From assembly GCA_041579655.1 (NCBI GenBank), contig JBFGFG010000001.1, positions 1 to 34,935 on the forward strand: a stretch of DNA of 34,935 bases, read 5' to 3'. Below, piece by piece: positions 1 to 8,430 of this stretch. The position numbers and the translations under genes were made by a program. Source of the stretch: Nitriliruptoraceae bacterium. GTDB taxonomy: Bacteria; Actinomycetota; Nitriliruptoria; Nitriliruptorales; Nitriliruptoraceae. Position 1 is the stretch's first letter. The number at the start of each line of letters is the position of its first letter. The notes beneath the pieces are model-generated. The model had not been told where the DNA came from. It did not search any database and was given only the letters and a program-made list of their open reading frames with translations.

Positions 1-1
1 G

Positions 2-280
2 CGCTGGTACGCCGCGCAGGGCTGGGACGTGATCGGCATGACGCAGGTCCCCGAGATTCCGCTGCTGCGCGAGGCCGGCATCTGCGCCACCGGCATCGCG
101 ATGGTGACCGACCACGACGCCGGGCTCGAGGGCCTGCCCGACGTCGCTGCCGTCACCCACGCCGCCGTGATGGAGGTGTTCGCCCAGAACGTCGAGCGCC
201 TGCGTTCGGTGCTGACGAGCATGGTGGCAGCCGTGCCGCACGAGCGTGCGTGCGACTGCGGCGCGGTGGCGACGCCGTGA
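2..280 (+). CDS. mtnP: S-methyl-5'-thioadenosine phosphorylase / PNP-family phosphorylase, C-terminal fragment (5' end outside window)
   Basis: Track ORF 29..280 continues in frame to the window edge (RWYAAQGWDVIGMTQVPE...). GMTQVPEIPLLREAGICATGIAMVTDHD resembles the conserved C-terminal region of MTAP-type phosphorylases. TGA at 278-280. Confidence 0.75.
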   Translation, partial: RWYAAQGWDVIGMTQVPEIPLLREAGICATGIAMVTDHDAGLEGLPDVAAVTHAAVMEVFAQNVERLRSVLTSMVAAVPHERACDCGAVATP

Positions 281-411
281 CCTCGCACGTGCGGACCACC
301 GGGGGCAACCTGTTCTGCATCGTGCGCAGCGATGCCGAACGGGACTGACGGGCCGCGACCGGCTCCACGACGCTGACCAGGTTCAACCGCTCGTCACCGC
401 GAGGAGCCACC

Positions 412-972
412 GTGACCCACGTCCTGCTGCTGCACCACGCACAGGGGTTGACGCCCGGACTGCACGCGATCGCGGACCAGCTCCGTGCGGCGGGCCACGA
501 GGTGACGGCGCCGGACCTGTTCGACGGCCGGACGTTCGAGACCGTCGACGCCGGCGTCGAGCACGCGAGGTCGCTGGGCTTCGCGTCGCTGCTGGCCGCA
601 GGCGTCGCGGCCGCGGACGACCTCCCGGACGTGGTCACGATGGGGTTCTCGCTGGGGTGCATGCCGGCGCAGGCCCTCGCGCAGCAGCGACCGGGCGTGC
701 GCGGTTGCGTGCTGCTGCACGGGGCTGCGGACGTGGAGGAGTTCGGCGGCTCGTGGCCGGACGGTGTCCCCGCGCAGGTCCACATCATGCGCGACGACCC
801 GTGGGAGGAGCTCGAGTACATCAGTGGCGCGGCGAGCGAGATGGGCGCCGAGCTGTTCGTGTACGACGGCGACGCCCATCTGTTCACCGACCGGTCGGTG
901 CCGGACCACGACCCGGACGCTGCCGCGCTGGCGATGGACCGGGTGCTGACGTTCCTCGCCTCGTTGGACTGA
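412..972 (+). CDS. dienelactone hydrolase family / small alpha-beta hydrolase
   Basis: 186-aa ORF with a GTG start and GAGGAG 5 nt upstream. It has a GFSLG nucleophile elbow and a C-terminal DAHLF His motif. Third codon positions are mostly G/C by eye. Confidence 0.7.
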   Translation: MTHVLLLHHAQGLTPGLHAIADQLRAAGHEVTAPDLFDGRTFETVDAGVEHARSLGFASLLAAGVAAADDLPDVVTMGFSLGCMPAQALAQQRPGVRGCVLLHGAADVEEFGGSWPDGVPAQVHIMRDDPWEELEYISGAASEMGAELFVYDGDAHLFTDRSVPDHDPDAAALAMDRVLTFLASLD

Positions 973-1038
973 GCGGCCCGTCCACAGGGGAGCCGGACCC
1001 GACCGTCATGCACGGCGGGCGGCCGGCAGGGTGCGGGC

Positions 1039-1692
1039 ATGCCCTTGCCCTCCCGCTCCGAGGGACCACCGTTCGCGTGGCCCGCTCCGATCGACGCCGT
1101 CCTCGACACGTGGGCGGCGGCGAGCGGACGCGTGCGCACCCTGCTGCGCATCGTCGCGCTGGCGCTGGCGTCGCTGGCAGCCAGCGGCGGGCTGGTGCGC
1201 GGACCGTGGGGGGCGCCGGTCGAGGTGGTGGTGGTGCGTCACACGTTGGCCGCCGGCACGCCGGTGACCGCGGACGACCTCTCGCTCGCGCGGCGACCGA
1301 CGGGGCTGGTGGCGCACGACACGGTGCGCGACCCAACGGCGCTGCCGCCGGGGACGTTGACGTCGGGCGTCGTGACGGAGGGTTCGACGCTCACCTGGTC
1401 GCACGTGGTGGTGGACGGTCCGGCGGGTGCGGCGACTGCCGGGACGGCGGTGGTCCCGGTGCCGGCCGAGCTGGTGCCGCAGCTGCCGATCGGCACGAGG
1501 CTGGACGTGGCCGTCCCGGGCTTCGACGGGCACGCCGAGGTGGTGGCGCGCGACGCCACGCTGGTCGCCGACGACGGGAGCTGGCGCTGGCTGCGGGTGC
1601 AGCGCGACGAGGTCGCGGCGATCGCGGCCGGCGTCAGCGATCGGAGCCTGGTGATCGCTGTGCTGCCGCCGCCGCGAGGCGCTTCGCCATGA
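1039..1692 (+). CDS. SAF-domain-like membrane-anchored protein (CpaB/SAF-type beta-clip)
   Basis: 217-aa ORF. A hydrophobic segment (LLRIVALALASLAASGGL) is followed by VVVVRHTLAAGTPVTADDL, typical of SAF domains. The start is uncertain (weak RBS; internal GTG near 1132 is possible). Confidence 0.5.
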   Translation: MPLPSRSEGPPFAWPAPIDAVLDTWAAASGRVRTLLRIVALALASLAASGGLVRGPWGAPVEVVVVRHTLAAGTPVTADDLSLARRPTGLVAHDTVRDPTALPPGTLTSGVVTEGSTLTWSHVVVDGPAGAATAGTAVVPVPAELVPQLPIGTRLDVAVPGFDGHAEVVARDATLVADDGSWRWLRVQRDEVAAIAAGVSDRSLVIAVLPPPRGASP

Positions 1693-3151
1693 GCGGGAAC
1701 AGCACCGCGTGGAACGGGACCATCGCGAACCAGTACACGCGGCCCCACAGCCCGCGCGGCACGAACCTGGCGCGCGGCTCGAGCAGCGACCGCTCCGGCG
1801 AGAGCGCCGTGGTGCGGAACTCGAGCCACGCCTCGCCGGGCACGCGCATCTCGGCCCGCAGCCGCAGCAGCGAGTCCTGCTCGAGCAGCTCGACGCGCCA
1901 GAAGTCGAGCGTGTCGCCGACGCTGAGGTCGTTGGGGTGGCGGCGGCCGCGTCGCGTCCCGACGCCGCCGACCGCTGCGTCGAGGAAGCCGCGCACCTCC
2001 CACAGCAGGTCGAACGCCGGCCAGCCGCGGTCACCGCCGATGCTGCACACCTCGCGGAACAGCTCGGAGACCGGCGCCTCGGCGACGGCGGTGCGCTCGT
2101 CGGACAGCACGGTGCCGCCGGCCCACGACGGGTCGTGCTCCTGCGGCTCCGCCTGCTCGTCGACGACCGGCCCGATGGCGCGGTTGGCGCCGGAGCGCTG
2201 CAGCTCGGCGTCCGCCCAGCTCGACGGCACCTCGAGGTCGTCCACCCGGCGCAGCGCCAGCCCGACGGCCGTGGCGAACGGCAGGCACTCGCGCGGCGCG
2301 ACCGCGTCGATCGCCGTGGTGTCGGCGACCACCTCGTTCACCAGCGACGCCACCAGCGGACGCGCCAGCCCGGTCGGCAGCGGCGTGACCAGGCCGACCC
2401 AGTGGCTCGACAGCGACGGTGACAGCACGGGGACCGGGACGATCAGGCGCTTCCGCAGACCGGCGACCTCGGCGAAGATCACCATCATCTGGTGGTAGGT
2501 CAGCACGTCGGGGCCGCCGATCTCCAGCAGCCGGTGCTCGCCCGGCTCGACCTCGACCTCCAGCACGGCCACGAGGTAGCCGAGCACGTCACGGATCGCG
2601 ATCGGCTGGCAGCGGGTCTCGACCCATCGCGGCGTGACCATCACCGGCAGCACGTCCACGAGGTGGCGCAGCATCTCGAACGATGCGGAGCCGGAGCCGA
2701 TCACCACGGCTGCGCGCAGCTCGAGCACCGGGACGTCGCCGGACGCGAGCGCCCGACCCACGTCGTGGCGCGAGCGCAGGTGCTCGGAGAGCTCGTCGCC
2801 CTCGCGCTCGTCGCCGAGGCCGCCGAGGTAGATGATGCGACCGACGCCCGCGTCGCTGGCGGCCTCCTGGAACGCCGTGGCCATCGCCCGGTCGCGCTCC
2901 GCGAAGTCGCCCTCGCCGTCCATCGAGTGCACGAGGTAGTACGCAGCGTCGCAGCCGGCCATCGCCTCGGCGGTCGCCGCACGGTCGCGGACGTCGGCGG
3001 ACGCCACCTCGACCTTGGCCAACCACGGTCGGCGGGCGAGCTTCGCGGGGGTCCTCGCGAGGCACACCACGTCGTGACCAGCGTCGAGCAGCTCGCTCAC
3101 CAGCCGGCCGCCCACGTACCCCGTGACACCGGTCACCAGCACACGCGCCAT
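1634..3151 (-). CDS. NAD(P)-binding SDR/NmrA-like oxidoreductase fused to a DUF2867-like C-terminal domain
   Basis: Rossmann motif VLVTGVTGYVGGRL at the N-terminus. The C-terminal region DFWRVE...LRLRAEMRVPGEAWLEF resembles DUF2867. ATG 3151 (GAAGG 8 nt upstream) is preferred over GTG 3160. The 3' end overlaps the convergent 1039..1692 CDS by 59 nt. Confidence 0.8.
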   Translation of the reverse strand: MARVLVTGVTGYVGGRLVSELLDAGHDVVCLARTPAKLARRPWLAKVEVASADVRDRAATAEAMAGCDAAYYLVHSMDGEGDFAERDRAMATAFQEAASDAGVGRIIYLGGLGDEREGDELSEHLRSRHDVGRALASGDVPVLELRAAVVIGSGSASFEMLRHLVDVLPVMVTPRWVETRCQPIAIRDVLGYLVAVLEVEVEPGEHRLLEIGGPDVLTYHQMMVIFAEVAGLRKRLIVPVPVLSPSLSSHWVGLVTPLPTGLARPLVASLVNEVVADTTAIDAVAPRECLPFATAVGLALRRVDDLEVPSSWADAELQRSGANRAIGPVVDEQAEPQEHDPSWAGGTVLSDERTAVAEAPVSELFREVCSIGGDRGWPAFDLLWEVRGFLDAAVGGVGTRRGRRHPNDLSVGDTLDFWRVELLEQDSLLRLRAEMRVPGEAWLEFRTTALSPERSLLEPRARFVPRGLWGRVYWFAMVPFHAVLFPLMAKRLAAAAAQRSPGSDR

Positions 3152-3293
3152 CTCAGCCACCTTCGCGTCTCAGGGACATCGGTTCGTCGCCGACCGGCCC
3201 GCGGACCGGTCATCGTGGTCGGTGACGTCCCGCTGATGACCGTAGCCTCCGGCGCGCTGGCGCCGACCGGCACCCGCGCGACAAGGACAGACC

Positions 3294-4202
3294 GTGACGT
3301 TGACGCTGCCGACCTGGCTGCAGGCCATCTTCCTCGGCCTCGTGCAGGGGATCACCGAGTTCCTGCCCGTGTCCTCCTCGGGCCACCTCACCATCGCGCC
3401 GTACCTGTTCCAGCTCCAGCAGCCGACGCTCGCGTTCGGGGTGCTGCTGCACCTGGCGACGCTGCTGGCGGTGGTGGCGTACTTCCGGGTCGACCTGCTG
3501 TTCCTCGCCAAGGGGACGGTCGGCGTCTCATCGCTCACGAAGGCCGACCACGTGCGCGCGCGCATGACCGTGCTGCTGCTGGCTGCGGCGTCCGTGCCCG
3601 CCGCACTGGCGGGCCTGGTGCTGCAGAACCTGGTCGGCGACCTGTTCGAGGACCCGCGGATGGCCGCCGGGTTCCTGCTGGTCACCGCCGGGCTGCTGCT
3701 GTTCGCCGAGCGGCTCCGCACCCAGCGCGCCTCCGCCGAGTACGGCGAGGCCGAGGCGGCCGCCGACCCCACGCTGGACGTCGGTCGCGACGAGGGCACG
3801 ATCACGATCCCCGACGCGCTGGTGATCGGCGTCGCGCAGGCGTTCGCGATCATCCCGGGCATCTCCCGTGCCGGCGCGACGATGGCGACCGGCATGGTGC
3901 GCGGCCTGACCCGCACCGCCGCCGCCCGCTTCTCGTTCCTGATGAGCATCCCGGTGATCGCCGGCGCCGGCATGCTGGAGCTGCCGGAGCTCACCTCGTC
4001 CGACTTCGGCGCCTACACCAACACCGAGGCGGTGATCGCGTCGCTGGCCGCGGGCCTCTCCGGCTACTGGGCGATCCGCTTCCTGCTCAAGCTCGTCAGC
4101 GCCGACGACCTGCGCGGCTTCGCCCGCTACCTCATCGTGGTGAGCGTGCTGGTGCTGGTCGGCTCGATCTGGCTCGGCCCGCCGGACACGCTCGGGCTGT
4201 GA
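3294..4202 (+). CDS. uppP: undecaprenyl-diphosphate phosphatase
   Basis: N-terminal signature LGLVQGITEFLPVSSSGHL and the second motif IIPGISRAGATM, in a multi-TM protein of 302 aa. GTG start with AAGGA upstream. Confidence 0.92.
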   Translation: MTLTLPTWLQAIFLGLVQGITEFLPVSSSGHLTIAPYLFQLQQPTLAFGVLLHLATLLAVVAYFRVDLLFLAKGTVGVSSLTKADHVRARMTVLLLAAASVPAALAGLVLQNLVGDLFEDPRMAAGFLLVTAGLLLFAERLRTQRASAEYGEAEAAADPTLDVGRDEGTITIPDALVIGVAQAFAIIPGISRAGATMATGMVRGLTRTAAARFSFLMSIPVIAGAGMLELPELTSSDFGAYTNTEAVIASLAAGLSGYWAIRFLLKLVSADDLRGFARYLIVVSVLVLVGSIWLGPPDTLGL

Positions 4203-4231
4203 CCCGCAGCTGAACCGAAACGCACACAACG

Positions 4232-4256
4232 CGGCCCCCGTCGAGGACGGGGGCCG
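4232..4256. terminator. GC-rich hairpin between convergent uppP and ettA (bidirectional intrinsic-terminator candidate)
   Basis: CGGCCCCCGTC-GAG-GACGGGGGCCG gives an 11-bp perfect stem. It lies 30 nt after the uppP stop and 23 nt after the ettA stop. There is no clear U-tract. Confidence 0.6.
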
Positions 4257-4278
4257 TGCTGCGTGGTGACCTGCTCGC

Positions 4279-5979
4279 TCAGCTGCGACGCGTGAGCGGC
4301 TTGTACTTGATGCGGGTCGGGTTGTTGACGTCCTCACCCTTCCGCTTCACGAGGTCGGCGTGGTACTCGGTGTAGCCACCGGGGTAGAACACGGCCTGCG
4401 AGTCACCCTCGAACGCGAGGATGTGCGTGGCGACCTTGTCGAGGAACCACCGGTCGTGGCTGGTGATCACCGCACAGCCGGCGAAGTTCAGCAGCGCGTC
4501 CTCGAGCGCCCGCAGCGTGGTGACGTCGAGGTCGTTGGTCGGCTCGTCGAGCAGCAGCACGTTCGCCTCCTCCTGGAGGAGCTTCGCGAGGTGCACCCGG
4601 TTGCGCTCACCACCCGACAGCGAGCCGACGTTCTGCTGCTGGTCGCCGGACTTGAAGCCGAACGCGGCGACGTAGGCGCGCGAGTTCATCTCGGTCGGAC
4701 CGAGCTGCACCCACTCCATGCCTCCGGTGATCTCGTCGAACACGGTCTTGTCGCTCGACAGGTCCGCGCGGCTCTGGTCGACGTAGCTGAGCACCACCGT
4801 CTCGCCGACGGTCACCGTGCCCGCGTCGGGCACCAGCGGCGCGTTGCCGGGGTCGCCGGCCGCCGTGGCGATGAGGTTGAACAGCGTGGTCTTACCCGCA
4901 CCGTTGGGGCCGATGACACCGACGATGGCGCCGGGCGGCAGGTTGAAGTTGAGGTCCTCGTACAGCAGCTTGTCGCCGAACGCCATCGAGACGTCCTTGA
5001 CAACCACGACCTCGTTGCCCAGGCGCGGGCCCGGCGGGATCATGATCTGCGGCTTGGTGATCTGCTTGGGCTGCTCGGCGTTGAGCATCTGCTCGTACTG
5101 GTCGACGCGGGCCTTGGCCTTCTTGCGCCGTCCCATCGGGGACGCCTTGACCCACTCGGCCTCCTCCGCGAGCTGGCGCTGGCGCGAGGACTCCTGCTTC
5201 TCCTCCTGCGCGAGCCGTGCGCGGGTCTGGTCGAGCCACCCGGAGTAGTTGCCCTCGAACGGGCGACCCTTGCCGTTGTCGAGCTCGAGGATCCACGCGG
5301 CGACCTCGTCGAGGAAGTACCGGTCGTGGGTGATGGCCACCACCATCCCCTTGTAGTCCGACAGCGTGCGCTGCAGCCACGCGACGGTCTCGGCGTCGAG
5401 GTGGTTGGTCGGCTCATCGAGCAGCAGGATGTCGGGCTTGCTCAGCAGCAGGCGGCACAGCGCAGCGCGGCGCTTCTCACCACCGGAGAGCACCGACGGG
5501 TCGTCGCCCTCGGGCACGCGCAGCGCGTCCATCGCGATCTCGACCTGACGGTCGAGGTCCCAGGCGTCCGCCGCGTCGATCTCCTCCTGGAGCTTGCCCA
5601 TCTGGTTGATGAGCTTCTCCATCTCGTCATCGTCGGTGACCTCGCCCATCTTCGCGGCGATGGCGTTGTAGCGAGGCACCAGCGTGGCGACCTCGCCCAT
5701 GCCGTCCATGACGTTCTCGCGCACCGAGCGCGACTCGTCGAGCTGCGGCTCCTGCGGGAGGTAGCCGACGGTGACGTGGCTCGCGGGCCACGCCTCGCCC
5801 TCGAACTCGGTGTCGACGCCCGCCATGATCTTCATCAGGGTCGACTTACCGGAACCGTTGGGACCGATGACGCCGATCTTGGCACCGGCGACGAAGCTCA
5901 GCCAGATGTCGCTGAGCACCTCCTTGCCACCCGGGACCAGCTTGGTCAGGCCCTTCATCACGTACACGTACTCGGCCAC
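4279..5979 (-). CDS. ettA: energy-dependent translational throttle ABC-F ATPase EttA
   Basis: Two ABC cassettes (Walker A GPNGSGKST and GPNGAGKTT; signatures LSGGEKRR and LSGGERNR) and an N-terminus MAEYVYVMKGLTK typical of EttA. The 1148-aa track ORF is upstream read-through. GTG 5979 with GAGGA 7 nt upstream gives 566 aa. Confidence 0.93.
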   Translation of the reverse strand: MAEYVYVMKGLTKLVPGGKEVLSDIWLSFVAGAKIGVIGPNGSGKSTLMKIMAGVDTEFEGEAWPASHVTVGYLPQEPQLDESRSVRENVMDGMGEVATLVPRYNAIAAKMGEVTDDDEMEKLINQMGKLQEEIDAADAWDLDRQVEIAMDALRVPEGDDPSVLSGGEKRRAALCRLLLSKPDILLLDEPTNHLDAETVAWLQRTLSDYKGMVVAITHDRYFLDEVAAWILELDNGKGRPFEGNYSGWLDQTRARLAQEEKQESSRQRQLAEEAEWVKASPMGRRKKAKARVDQYEQMLNAEQPKQITKPQIMIPPGPRLGNEVVVVKDVSMAFGDKLLYEDLNFNLPPGAIVGVIGPNGAGKTTLFNLIATAAGDPGNAPLVPDAGTVTVGETVVLSYVDQSRADLSSDKTVFDEITGGMEWVQLGPTEMNSRAYVAAFGFKSGDQQQNVGSLSGGERNRVHLAKLLQEEANVLLLDEPTNDLDVTTLRALEDALLNFAGCAVITSHDRWFLDKVATHILAFEGDSQAVFYPGGYTEYHADLVKRKGEDVNNPTRIKYKPLTRRS

Positions 5980-6103
5980 GGGGGAATCCTCGGTGTCTCG
6001 TCGGGCGCGTGCGCTCGCTGCCTCGGCCTGCGACGCTACAGCCGAGCCGGGGGACGGGACGTCGCCACCCCGGCGACCGCGCACCTGTCCGAGGAGACCC
6101 ACG

Positions 6104-6607
6104 GTGGTCCAGCTGCTGCACGTCAGCGAGCGGCGCATAGACCTCTTCGAGCCGCGCCCGTCGCCGCCGCGCTCGAGCCGCCCGGGCGAGCCGCTGGTGT
6201 GGGCGATCGACGCCCGCACGGCGGTCCGCCAGCTGCTACCGCGCGACTGCCCGCGGGTGTATGCCAGGGGCGCCCCGTCGTCGCTCCCGTCCGACGTCGA
6301 GCGCCTGCTCGGCAGCGACCGACAGGTGATGTGGATCCCGACGACCTGGGTCGACCGCGCGAGCTCGACCCAGCTGTTCCTCCACCACCTACCGGCCGAG
6401 GGGTTCACGCTCGAGGACGTGCCGGCCGGGTACCACGTGAGCGCACGGCGGGTCCGGCCGACGAGCGTGGAGGTCATCGACGATCCACTCGCCGCGCTCG
6501 AGGCACGCGGTGTGGCGGTGCGGCCGACCAAGGAGCTACGAGCCGTGGCCGAGCGCGTGCGCGCGTCCTCGCTGGACTTCTCGGTCGTGCGCCTCCACCT
6601 CGCCTGA
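6104..6607 (+). CDS. hypothetical protein (167 aa)
   Basis: This is the 3' part of track ORF 5771..6607. GTG 6104 is preceded by GAGGAG 7 nt upstream. Third positions are strongly G/C by eye, whereas the antisense translation is R/S-rich junk. No recognisable motif. Confidence 0.5.
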   Translation: MVQLLHVSERRIDLFEPRPSPPRSSRPGEPLVWAIDARTAVRQLLPRDCPRVYARGAPSSLPSDVERLLGSDRQVMWIPTTWVDRASSTQLFLHHLPAEGFTLEDVPAGYHVSARRVRPTSVEVIDDPLAALEARGVAVRPTKELRAVAERVRASSLDFSVVRLHLA

Positions 6608-6626
6608 CCACGCAGCCCCGTGAGGC

Positions 6627-8228
6627 TCAGCCACGTTGTCCGGTACCGAACGGCAGCCCGTCCCACGGTGAGCCGACGCCGTCGGCGCCGCCGGGCAGCA
6701 CACCCGGAAGCAGCGGGTCGTCCTCCAGCACTCGGCCGATGATCTTGCGGCTCGTGCTGGTCAGGCCGTCCACCTCGACCGACATGCCGACACCCGCCGC
6801 CTCGCGGAGCAGCCGGCGCAGCACCAACGCCCCCGTCACGTCCGTACGTCCGACCTGATCGAGGTGGACGATGAGATGCTCGACCTGCCCACGATGCGCA
6901 CGCAGCAGCTCCCTGACGGTTTCCTCGAACCGTTGCACGGACCCGAAGTGCAGCAGACCGATCGGCTGCAGATGCAGGGTCGCCTCGACCATCCGGTGAT
7001 CGATCACGAGCTTGCGTTCGCGCCGCAGGTGCGCGGCGATCACCAGCAGCACACCGATCAGCACGGCCCACTGGATCTGCGGCGCGAACAGCACCGTCAG
7101 GCTGTAGGTCGTCACGGCGATGCCGAACTGCTGCCGCGAGTAGCGCCGCAGCTCGAGCATCGGGCGCAGGTCGAGCAGCCCGACCACGGCCGCGACGATG
7201 ATCCCGGCAAGCACAGCACGCGGCAGCTGCGCCATGACGTCCATGAAGGGCAGCGCCAGCAGCACCAGCGCACCGGTGACCACACCGCTCCAGGCCGAGG
7301 TGGCCCCAGCGCTGCGGTTCACGGCGCTGCGGGAGAACGACGCTCCCACCGGCATGCCGCCGACGAGGCCCGCGGCGAGGTTCGCGACGCCCTGCCCGAG
7401 GAACTCCCGGTCCGAGTCCCACCTCTCCCCCGCGTCCGTGGCGAACGACCGAGCGATCGCGGAGGCCTCGCTGAACCCCACCAGACCGATCACCAGGGCG
7501 GGCACGGCGAGCGCTGGCACGGCCCCCCACGGCAGGTCGAGCGACAGCCGCGGCAGCGCTGACGGGATCACGCCGACGACCTGCGCGGAGGTGCTCAGCA
7601 CGCGCTGCGCCACGATCCCGCCGGCCGCGGCCAGCAGCACGCCCGGCACCAACGGGTGGATCCGCGCCGCTCCGAGCACCAGCAGCAGCGCGCTCACGCC
7701 CATCAGGATCGCTGCCGGGTTCCAACCGCCGACGTCCAGCAGCGCGAGCGCGGCCCTGGTGGCCACGCCGCCGGCCTCGACGGACGTACCGAGCAGGTTC
7801 GGCAGCTGGCTGAGCACGATGACGAAGCCGGCCGCCGCGGTGAACGCGACGAGCACCGGTTCGGACACCAGGTAGGCGACCTCACCGGCTCGTCGGACCG
7901 CCACCATGACCCGGACCGCGCCCACGAGGAGCGCCAGCAGCGCCGCCAGCCCGACCACGTCAGCGCCGGTGCTCGCCGCGACGGCCGTCAACGTTCCCAA
8001 CGTCAGCAACGACGTGATCGCGGTCGGACCGGTCTGCAGCAGCGGCGAGGACACGAACGGCGCCGCGATGACGGTCGATATCCCCGCCACGACCAGCCCC
8101 GATCGGGGCGGCAGCCCAGCGAGCACCGCGTACGCGACGGCCTGCGGCACCAGCACGAACGCGACGCTGAGCCCGGCCACCAGGTCACCGCGGGATGGCC
8201 GGCCCACGATGTGCGGCTGCAGATCCAC
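6627..8228 (-). CDS. SulP family inorganic anion transporter with C-terminal STAS domain
   Basis: Track ORF 6627..8870 trimmed to GTG 8228 (CAGGAGG 5 nt upstream), giving 533 aa. It has a multi-TM SulP core (LVAGLSVAFVLVPQAVAYAVLAGLPP...) and a STAS-like tail (HLIVHLDQVGRTDVTGALVLRRLL). Confidence 0.88.
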   Translation of the reverse strand: MDLQPHIVGRPSRGDLVAGLSVAFVLVPQAVAYAVLAGLPPRSGLVVAGISTVIAAPFVSSPLLQTGPTAITSLLTLGTLTAVAASTGADVVGLAALLALLVGAVRVMVAVRRAGEVAYLVSEPVLVAFTAAAGFVIVLSQLPNLLGTSVEAGGVATRAALALLDVGGWNPAAILMGVSALLLVLGAARIHPLVPGVLLAAAGGIVAQRVLSTSAQVVGVIPSALPRLSLDLPWGAVPALAVPALVIGLVGFSEASAIARSFATDAGERWDSDREFLGQGVANLAAGLVGGMPVGASFSRSAVNRSAGATSAWSGVVTGALVLLALPFMDVMAQLPRAVLAGIIVAAVVGLLDLRPMLELRRYSRQQFGIAVTTYSLTVLFAPQIQWAVLIGVLLVIAAHLRRERKLVIDHRMVEATLHLQPIGLLHFGSVQRFEETVRELLRAHRGQVEHLIVHLDQVGRTDVTGALVLRRLLREAAGVGMSVEVDGLTSTSRKIIGRVLEDDPLLPGVLPGGADGVGSPWDGLPFGTGQRG

Positions 8229-8319
8229 GCTGGCCTCCTGACCCCGACCGACCGTAGACCTCCCTCGGCTGGAAGGTCGCCCGCTCGGCGGTGCCGTCGA
8301 GGAGCTCCGACCCCTGCGG

Positions 8320-8333
8320 TGTGACGCGTCACA
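8320..8333. promoter_or_regulatory. perfect 14-bp palindrome TGTGACGCGTCACA in a divergent promoter region (candidate operator)
   Basis: Read directly. It lies in the 202-nt gap between the SulP start (8228) and the hydrolase start (8431). Confidence 0.3.
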
Positions 8334-8430
8334 ACGCTGGGGTGGGGATTCGGGGTGCCGTCCGGCGGGAGGCGGGTGGTCGTGCGGCGAAACCCTCCTA
8401 CATCCACGCACCTGTACCCGGGAGGCCATC

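Noticed and set aside
5980-7725. The upstream 580-codon extension of the ettA ORF (track ORF 4279..7725), and likewise the extension of the SulP ORF to 8870.
   Set aside because: The extensions translate to low-complexity R/A/G sequence and overlap other well-supported genes. Good RBS-plus-GTG starts exist at 5979 and 8228, giving family-typical lengths.
8320-8333. Calling TGTGACGCGTCACA a CRP binding site.
   Set aside because: Canonical CRP sites have 6 nt between TGTGA and TCACA, whereas this one has 4. It is reported only as a generic palindromic operator candidate.
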